Source: an uncultured Candidatus Saccharimonas sp. (GTDB lineage Bacteria; Patescibacteriota; Saccharimonadia; Saccharimonadales; Saccharimonadaceae). From it: a DNA stretch of 32,000 nt. This document shows positions 25,262 to 31,602 of the stretch, piece after piece. Each line of letters begins with the position of its first letter. Position 1 is the first letter of the stretch. Position numbers and translations under genes: made by a program. The stretch is from the NCBI GenBank assembly GCA_963528875.1, contig CAURWT010000002.1, positions 1 through 32,000 of the forward strand. The letters are read 5' to 3'. The notes beneath the pieces are model-generated. The model was given only the letters and a program-made list of their open reading frames with translations. It searched no databases and had not been told where the DNA came from.

Positions 25262-26587
25262 CTAACCTCGCTTTCGTTTTGTAAACATTAAGTTTTTATG
25301 AAGCATTCGCGCAAAAATCTTCTTACGTTTTGTATTTTTTGGGGTTTTAAAAAGTGATTTTTGAAGAATTTTTTGCGTTTTTCGAATATCTTTCAGCCGA
25401 AAATCCATATCTCGCAATGTATCCATAAAGTATAAAAATGCATCATAGGGAGATCTATATGGTGAAAAATATGCATGAACATCGCCATCATTAAAATATT
25501 TCGTGCACATATAATATGGGTGGTCACTCGTAGTTAATCGCCGCCAATCTTCAACCAAATTTCCATTTTGTGAATTGTAAACCCGCGACTTTAAAGCATA
25601 GAGATATTTCATTGCTTCTTGTTGCATTGAATTACCGAGCCAAGCGGTCAAGTCACGCTCAGTATCTGCCCAAGTTACTGTATTCGGCATAGAAATTTCC
25701 GCAACAGGCTCGCTTTGAGCGGCTTCAGTAACGGTTTTAAATCCGTGCTCTGGTTTTTTTAACCAATACGAAACTAAGCTTTCGAAAAAATCAAATATTC
25801 CAGATTCCGCCCACTGATGCTCACCAAATGTTTCATAATCCATAAAAAGATTTATTACATCACCATGATAACTTGAGGATTCTAGCCAACTGATATATTT
25901 TTGAGTTGTAAGCGGATATTCTTGCCAATTTCGATTCGAAAAACGAAAAGCAAGATCGTCGGAAAGTTTATAGTTTTTAAGAAGCAGACGAATATTTTTC
26001 GTACCTTTTGGCTTATAAATATGATTTGGTGTGCGCCATTGCAGAATCGGATCCCAACCCTCGGCTAAAATTGCTTTAAAACCAAAATCCTCTGCCCATT
26101 TAGCAAGTTCGTCATTATATGAAAGCTCGGTATTTCGAAAAGCGGTAGTTTCGATATTAAAAACTTCACGAATTTTTGCCCGATGTGCACGAACTTGAGC
26201 TTCAAATTCTTCACGATCAAAAAAGAAGGCGAGGCTATGATAATATGTCTCGGCAATAATTTCTGCTCGCCCAGTTTGGATAAGACGCTTAAAGCTTTCG
26301 AGAACTTCTGGCGCAAATTCTTGCGCTTGATCAATAAAAGTTCCCGTAATCGAAAATGAAAATTTAAATTCTGGGTGAGTTTTTAATAGTTTTTCGAGCA
26401 GATTATTCATTGGGATGTAAGATTTTTCAGCAACTTTTCGAAAAATCTCGCCATTACTTTGCCGCTTTAGGCCTTTTTCTTCGCTAAAATAATTTTTATT
26501 TGCGCCAACATCAAAAAGTGTTTGATCGTCACGAATGCGCCAGGGCTGATGAACATGAAGGTAGAGAACAATCGACTTCTTAGCCAT
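25262..26587 (-). CDS. glycoside hydrolase family 57 protein (alpha-amylase/branching-enzyme-like)
   Basis: 441 aa. The N-terminal LYLHVHQPWR matches the GH57 HxHQP region. ILAEGWDP and FMDYETFGEH segments are consistent with the family. Basic C-terminal tail. Confidence 0.8.
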   Translation of the reverse strand: MAKKSIVLYLHVHQPWRIRDDQTLFDVGANKNYFSEEKGLKRQSNGEIFRKVAEKSYIPMNNLLEKLLKTHPEFKFSFSITGTFIDQAQEFAPEVLESFKRLIQTGRAEIIAETYYHSLAFFFDREEFEAQVRAHRAKIREVFNIETTAFRNTELSYNDELAKWAEDFGFKAILAEGWDPILQWRTPNHIYKPKGTKNIRLLLKNYKLSDDLAFRFSNRNWQEYPLTTQKYISWLESSSYHGDVINLFMDYETFGEHQWAESGIFDFFESLVSYWLKKPEHGFKTVTEAAQSEPVAEISMPNTVTWADTERDLTAWLGNSMQQEAMKYLYALKSRVYNSQNGNLVEDWRRLTTSDHPYYMCTKYFNDGDVHAYFSPYRSPYDAFLYFMDTLRDMDFRLKDIRKTQKILQKSLFKTPKNTKRKKIFARMLHKNLMFTKRKRG

Positions 26588-27803
26588 TATTTGCCTCCGT
26601 TAAACGTATAAATTCTTCCATAATTTGCTCGGCAATATCACTCCAAGAAATTCGATCATATTCCTCTTGAACACCATTTTTTAAACTCTGTAAGAGATTC
26701 TTATTGGTTGAAACCTCATAAATTTGATTTGCTAGTTTTTTAGTATCCCAAAAATCATAACGTAAAATATTTTGAAGAACTTCGCCTACCCCAGATTGCT
26801 TCGAAATTATTAATGCATTGTTAAAATGAGCCGCTTCTAAAGCTGTTAGACCAAAAGGCTCATTTACTGAGCTCATCACAAAAACATCGGCCACACCGTA
26901 AGCATCACGCCATTTTTCGCCCCGCAAAAAACCCGTGAAGAAAATCTTGTTCGAAATCCCAAAATCACTCGCCATTTTAATAAGTTCATTGCGTTGTTCG
27001 CCATCTCCAACAAGAAGTAGGGAGATTTTTGGGTTTTTCGAAATAGCCTCAGCAACCGCTTGTATTAAAAAAGTTAAACCTTTCTGAACAGTAAAGCGAG
27101 TTAGAGCCATTATTACAGTATGTCCCTGTGATTTTAGGTATTCAAGATAACGGTAGGTTCGATCATCGTAATCTTGCGGATTGGCGAGAGCTGAAGTTTC
27201 GATCGCATTATAAACTACTTCAACCTTTTCGGGCTTAATTTTATACTTCTCAATTATTACATTTCGAGTATTTTTCGAAACAGCAAAAACCCTGTCGGAT
27301 GCGCAAATTCCAGCATATTCAATATCATGGATTTCTTGATTGCCAGAAATTCCACCCGAACGATCAAATTCGGTAGCGTGAATATGAGTAATCAACGGCG
27401 CACCAGTAAGTTTTTTGGCAAGTATTCCAGCCTCCATAGTTAACCAATCGTGTGCATGAATTACATCTGGTTTATTTTCTGGATTACTTAAATATTCACG
27501 AATAAATTCACAATATTCTTTCTGAATTGAACTAATATCTGGTAGAAAATTACTAGCGTTATGGCTTGAACGTATCCAATGTGGAGAATCGTAAGCTCCA
27601 GCACCAAATTTATGAATTTCAGAGAAATTCGTAGCATTAAATACTTTCATGAAATCAATTTCGGTATGTTTATCTTTATACGGAACGACAAATTCAATAT
27701 TAGCGCCACTTTTTGCAAGCGCCTTGGCCATATAAAAACAAGCTACACCTAAACCACCGCTGTTATGGGGAGGAAGCTCCCACCCGAGCATTAGAATTTT
27801 CAT
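26580..27803 (-). CDS. GT4-family glycosyltransferase, glycogen-synthase-like
   Basis: 407 aa. MKILMLGWELPPHNSGGLGVACFYMAKALAKSG N-terminus and C-terminal EPFGLTALEAA (E-x7-E) motif. 8-nt overlap with the GH57 gene. Confidence 0.85.
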   Translation of the reverse strand: MKILMLGWELPPHNSGGLGVACFYMAKALAKSGANIEFVVPYKDKHTEIDFMKVFNATNFSEIHKFGAGAYDSPHWIRSSHNASNFLPDISSIQKEYCEFIREYLSNPENKPDVIHAHDWLTMEAGILAKKLTGAPLITHIHATEFDRSGGISGNQEIHDIEYAGICASDRVFAVSKNTRNVIIEKYKIKPEKVEVVYNAIETSALANPQDYDDRTYRYLEYLKSQGHTVIMALTRFTVQKGLTFLIQAVAEAISKNPKISLLLVGDGEQRNELIKMASDFGISNKIFFTGFLRGEKWRDAYGVADVFVMSSVNEPFGLTALEAAHFNNALIISKQSGVGEVLQNILRYDFWDTKKLANQIYEVSTNKNLLQSLKNGVQEEYDRISWSDIAEQIMEEFIRLTEANNG

Positions 27804-27836
27804 TTTTTTGCCTTTACGATTAGAATTTACATTCCT

Positions 27837-27865
27837 ATTTTAGCAAATTTAAGAGAAAAGCGCAA
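27837..27865 (-). promoter_or_regulatory. sigma70-type promoter of the GT4-GH57-GH15 operon
   Basis: - strand reads TTGCGC, 17 nt, TAAAAT, with TG (tgctaaaat); ~30-nt leader with an aaagg RBS. Confidence 0.55.
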
Positions 27866-27892
27866 GCGGTTTAACCAATTATCCGCCTTAAA

Positions 27893-28585
27893 CTAAATGC
27901 TTGGCGAAAACTGTTTTATTTCTTGAACACATTTCTTATAATCTGGGCAATATTTTTCAACTTCTTGCCAAAATTTAGACGAATGATTCATTTGCCGAGT
28001 ATGACAAAGCTCATGAATAATCACATAATCAATCAAATGGTGTGGCAAATTCATCAACGCAATATTTAAAGAAATTGTTCCACTGGAAGAGCATGAGCCC
28101 CACCGCGTGCCCGTGTGCGAAAAACGCAATTTTTTAAAGCTAAAACCATATTTTTCTGCCAAAAAATCAATTCGGCGGGGTAAATACGCCTTAGCTTGCT
28201 TTCGAAGAATTTTTGATACGGTTTTGCGAATTTCTGACTGAATAAGTGGATTTTCGAAAGCTAACTCTTGCGGGATTTGCACTAAAATCTGATTGCCATC
28301 AAGCGAAATTTTAATTTCTTCGCCCGAAAATTTTCGCAAAAAAAGTGTATGCGTTTTGCCAATTAAATCACCATTTTTATAAAGATTTTTAGCATTATGC
28401 AAAGCAAGCATTTCGCGAATTTGCGTGCGATTATGATTAACTAAACGCTGAACAGCAAACTCCGGCGAATAATAGGGGATTGACGCCCGCAAACTTCTAT
28501 CAACGCCAACAGAAAGTTTCACGGAGCGAGCGAGTTTATTTTTTCGAATTTTAATTTCACCAAACTCTTTATCGACTATAGACAT
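27893..28585 (-). CDS. YgjP/DUF45-like zinc metallopeptidase (M48 superfamily)
   Basis: 230 aa. HELCHTRQMNHS (HExxH) near the C-terminus and overall YgjP-like layout. Confidence 0.8.
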   Translation of the reverse strand: MSIVDKEFGEIKIRKNKLARSVKLSVGVDRSLRASIPYYSPEFAVQRLVNHNRTQIREMLALHNAKNLYKNGDLIGKTHTLFLRKFSGEEIKISLDGNQILVQIPQELAFENPLIQSEIRKTVSKILRKQAKAYLPRRIDFLAEKYGFSFKKLRFSHTGTRWGSCSSSGTISLNIALMNLPHHLIDYVIIHELCHTRQMNHSSKFWQEVEKYCPDYKKCVQEIKQFSPSI

Positions 28586-28591
28586 AAAAAT

Positions 28592-28620
28592 ATTATAGCA
28601 CTTTTAAAAAGAGTTATCAA
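28592..28620 (-). promoter_or_regulatory. Consensus sigma70 promoter of the YgjP-like gene
   Basis: - strand reads TTGATA, 17 nt, TATAAT, with TG (tgctataat); 6 nt (attttt) to ATG 28585, implying a leaderless transcript. Confidence 0.65.
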
Positions 28621-28752
28621 AATCTATTGCCTACGCCTCAACACTTCTAGCTCTTCGAGTTTTAATCGGATATCTTTACGCTTAGCAAAAATAATAAATG
28701 ATAAGTTGTAAAATATAGCGCAGACGAAAAGTGTAGCGATAAGACCACCAAG

Positions 28753-29031
28753 CTACAAGACAACCATAGCAAAATTTGCGCCCATCTTTAGAAGAATAAA
28801 AGAACCAGCTAGTATAGTTAAAAATATTCCTATAAAAATATTCAAGGCACGCTGGTGGCTCTTCCTCTTATTCTGTAAAATTTCAGGATTTTCAATCCTC
28901 TTAACCATAAAATATCCTAAGATAACAGTAAGAAATCCACCCAATATAAAAGCAAACAACAACACGGCAAATATATATACTATAGAAAAAAGAAATACAC
29001 TAAAAATATTAACAACCAATTCAATATCCAT
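28753..29031 (-). CDS. small hydrophobic membrane protein (possibly a nonsense-interrupted longer gene)
   Basis: 92 aa from MDIELVVNIF..., with 2-3 predicted TM helices, in an open frame immediately downstream of tRNA-Trp. Frame stays open for 42 more codons after TAG 28753-28755. Start codon uncertain; ATA/AGG-rich codon usage. Confidence 0.4.
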   Translation of the reverse strand: MDIELVVNIFSVFLFSIVYIFAVLLFAFILGGFLTVILGYFMVKRIENPEILQNKRKSHQRALNIFIGIFLTILAGSFILLKMGANFAMVVL

Positions 29032-29114
29032 AACATAACCAATATACACTAAAATAAAGCAAAAAAACAAGCACAAAATAAAAACCGCCAAACCTGCGGA
29101 AAATAAATTTATTT

Positions 29115-29190
29115 TGGCACGGGCAGAGAGACTCGAACTCCCGACACCAGGTTTTGGAGACCTGTGCTCTACCAACTGAGCTATGCCCGT
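29115..29190 (-). tRNA. trnW: tRNA-Trp (anticodon CCA), 3' CCA encoded
   Basis: - strand: ACGGGCA TA GCTC AGTTGGTA GAGC A CAGGT CTCCAAA ACCTG GTGTC GGGAG TTCGAGT CTCTC TGCCCGT G CCA. Full cloverleaf with 7/4/5/5-bp stems and anticodon loop CT-CCA-AA. Confidence 0.95.
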
Positions 29191-29198
29191 ATGAGACC

Positions 29199-29207
29199 AT
29201 TTTAACA
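29199..29207 (-). promoter_or_regulatory. Extended -10 promoter (TGtTAAAAT on - strand) of tRNA-Trp
   Basis: Reverse complement of 29199-29207 is tgttaaaat; only 8 nt separate the hexamer from the mature tRNA 5' end (29190). Confidence 0.55.
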
Positions 29208-29255
29208 TAAAAATTTCGAAAAGTGAAGAGTTTTTGCAAAATTTTCTGCTAAATA

Positions 29256-29284
29256 TTGACAAAAAAGCTTTTTTGTGATAGAAT
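29256..29284 (+). promoter_or_regulatory. Consensus sigma70 promoter of the 125-aa orphan gene
   Basis: TTGACA (29256-29261), 17 nt, TAGAAT (29279-29284), with TG at 29276-29277. Back-to-back with the tRNA-Trp promoter. Confidence 0.65.
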
Positions 29285-29389
29285 AATAATAAGTTAAAAG
29301 CTTCAACTGTAAAAATTGAGCTTTTGGCTCGTATTTTAAAAGTTGGCTTTTTGCTGGAAATTCTATTTTATATAAAGGAGGCCATAAAA

Positions 29390-29767
29390 ATGGCTAAAGT
29401 AATTTCTTGGGTTCAAACCCAAAATCAAGAAAATCTCGCTGGGATCGGTAAGTATCTTGAAAGAAAAGTGACGCCAAAGACACCTCTGTCTAAAGTTATT
29501 GATAAGCTTGAAAAAGCTTATCAGAAAAATAACATCGAAGAGTTAGTCTTTTGGCTAGCTTACGCTAAGTTTAATGAGTATTCTGTAGAGCGAGGACGCG
29601 AATTCTTCAAGAAGATTGAAGAATTGTGGGCTTCAAAAAGACACCCTGAGCTCTCAAATAAATTTCATTTCTTAAATTCCCGCTTTTCAGAGAATTATTC
29701 AGGCAGAAAAGATAGCGCTCAGATGTATAATCATACTGCGCTATTTGCGGAGCTATCTCTAGCATAG
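29390..29767 (+). CDS. hypothetical protein, 125 aa
   Basis: Start at MAKVISWVQ (ATG 29390), preceded by AGGAGG 7 nt upstream. Has its own promoter and terminator. No recognisable motif. Confidence 0.6.
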   Translation: MAKVISWVQTQNQENLAGIGKYLERKVTPKTPLSKVIDKLEKAYQKNNIEELVFWLAYAKFNEYSVERGREFFKKIEELWASKRHPELSNKFHFLNSRFSENYSGRKDSAQMYNHTALFAELSLA

Positions 29768-29781
29768 TCAACAATAAAATA

Positions 29782-29811
29782 AGCCCGAAACTAATCGGGC
29801 TTTTTCTTTTT
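29782..29811. terminator. Bidirectional terminator between the orphan gene and the convergent ABC exporter
   Basis: agcccga (29782-29788) / tcgggct (29795-29801), 6-nt loop, tttttctttt on the + strand and a T-rich flank on the - strand. Confidence 0.8.
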
Positions 29812-29817
29812 CAATTT

Positions 29818-31602
29818 TTATTCAGCAAATTGTGAATCGTAAAGTTTCGCATAAGCGCCATTTTTCGCGAGCAATTCTTTATGAGATCCTTGCTCAACAA
29901 TATTTCCATGTTCCAGCACTAGAATCAAATCGGCATTTCGAATTGTTGAAAGGCGGTGTGCAATCACAAAGCTCGTACGGCCGTGAGTTAAATTATCCAT
30001 TGCAGATTGAATGGCTGCTTCCGTTCGCGTATCAACAGAACTGGTTGCTTCATCAAGAATCAGCATTGGAGAATCTGCCAAAATAGCCCGCGCAATTGTG
30101 AGAAGCTGTTTTTCACCAGCTGAGATATTATCAATATCTTCAGAAATTACCGTATCATAACCTTTTGGTAAGGTTCGAATAAAGTGGTCGGCGTGAGCGG
30201 CTTTTGCGGCTTCAATAATTTCTTCACGAGTGGCATTAGGTTTTCCATAAGCCAAGTTTTCAGCAATTGTACCATTAAAAAGCCATGTATCTTGAAGAAC
30301 CATTCCAAAAAGGGAGCGAACATCATGCCGCGACATTTTTGAAGTATCAATTCCGTCGATTGTGATTTTTCCGCTATCAATATCATAGAATCGCATCAAA
30401 AGATTCACAAGCGTAGTTTTTCCAGCTCCAGTTGGGCCAACAATTGCCACATTTGAACGCGGCGCAATTTTTGTACTGAAATTCGTAATAATTGGCTTAT
30501 TTTTTGAATACGAAAAATTAACTTTTGAAAACTCTACAGATCCTTTAATTTCTTTTGGCAAAGTTTTTGAAATTTCAACAAAAGTCTCTTCTTCAGCATC
30601 AAGAAAGCCAAAAATTCGCTCACAAGCTGCAACCGTTGTCTGAACACTTGTCATTGAGTTTGCGATATTCGAAATTGGTTGCGTAAATCGGCTCATATAT
30701 TGCATAAAAGCAGTAATCTCACCAATTGTCATCTGACCATTTAATGCACGAACGCCACCAATCACCACAACGGTTAAAGTTGAAAGATTATTGATGAAAC
30801 CCATAATTGGGTAGAGAAGTCCACCAAAAAACTGAGATTTCCAAGATGAAATATACATTTTGTTATTGATTTTTTCGAAATTTTCAACCGATGATTTTTC
30901 GCCATTATAAACCTTAATAACTTCGTGTGAAGAAAGCATCTCATCGGTATGAGCAGTTAAACTCGATGTAAATTTTTGTAAATCCGTAAAATAGACTTGA
31001 CTAAACTTCGAAATAATCATAATAATTCCAACCGAAATTATTCCAGTTGCAAGAGCAATTAGGCTCATTTGCCAGCTAATCGAAATCATCATAACAGTCA
31101 CACCAACAATTGTAATTATTGAATAAGAAAGCTGATTTAAGCTCTCGCTCAAACTGTTGCTGAGTGTCTCGATGTCGTTCGTAATAATTGAAACCGTATC
31201 ACCAGTTTTGTGCTTATCAAAATATGAAAGAGGTAGTCGCGCGATTTTTTTTGAAGCTTCGTCACGTAATTTAAAAACAATTTCTTGAACCATTTGACCC
31301 ATAATCCAGTTTTGCGCATAACCAAAAACTCCTGATCCAACATAGATAGCAATCAAAATAAAGCCAAGTTCGGTAATTTTCGAAAAATCAGGATTAAATC
31401 GAACTGCGCCAGATTGAATTTCAAAATTTTTAGTAATTAAATTAATCATCTCACCCACAATTTGTGGCCCAACAATCGCTGAAACCGAGCTCAAAATCAC
31501 CATAATCGCAAAAAATACAATCAGGAATTTAAACGGTGCAAAATATAGCAAGAGTCGCCAAATTGTTTTTAGCGAAAGTTTGTTTTTTTGATTTTTCGCC
31601 AT
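29818..31602 (-). CDS. ABC exporter, fused permease/ATPase subunit with consensus ATP site (MsbA/LmrD-like)
   Basis: 594 aa. Six N-terminal TM helices; Walker A GPTGAGKTT, signature ISAGEKQ, Walker B LILDEATSSVD, H-loop IAHRLST. Confidence 0.92.
   Translation of the reverse strand: MAKNQKNKLSLKTIWRLLLYFAPFKFLIVFFAIMVILSSVSAIVGPQIVGEMINLITKNFEIQSGAVRFNPDFSKITELGFILIAIYVGSGVFGYAQNWIMGQMVQEIVFKLRDEASKKIARLPLSYFDKHKTGDTVSIITNDIETLSNSLSESLNQLSYSIITIVGVTVMMISISWQMSLIALATGIISVGIIMIISKFSQVYFTDLQKFTSSLTAHTDEMLSSHEVIKVYNGEKSSVENFEKINNKMYISSWKSQFFGGLLYPIMGFINNLSTLTVVVIGGVRALNGQMTIGEITAFMQYMSRFTQPISNIANSMTSVQTTVAACERIFGFLDAEEETFVEISKTLPKEIKGSVEFSKVNFSYSKNKPIITNFSTKIAPRSNVAIVGPTGAGKTTLVNLLMRFYDIDSGKITIDGIDTSKMSRHDVRSLFGMVLQDTWLFNGTIAENLAYGKPNATREEIIEAAKAAHADHFIRTLPKGYDTVISEDIDNISAGEKQLLTIARAILADSPMLILDEATSSVDTRTEAAIQSAMDNLTHGRTSFVIAHRLSTIRNADLILVLEHGNIVEQGSHKELLAKNGAYAKLYDSQFAE

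Noticed and set aside
29032-29262. Upstream part of the 169-aa ORF 28753..29262, and the overlapping 72-aa ORF 29021..29239
   Set aside because: Both read straight through the tRNA-Trp gene and its promoter. The peptide GIAQLVEHRSPKPGVGSSSL is just the translated tRNA. Only the part downstream of the tRNA is kept, at low confidence.
418-31352. Antisense or alternate-frame ORFs inside well-supported genes, for example 418-726, 1750-1938, 5485-5763, 10246-10437, 11163-11462, 13924-14316, 15925-16230, 16781-17262, 21196-21528, 24486-25041 and 30147-30386
   Set aside because: Each lies entirely within a gene with clear family motifs on the other strand or frame. Their translations are low-complexity or Cys/Phe/Ser-rich with no motifs and no RBS. 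This is typical shadow-ORF behaviour.
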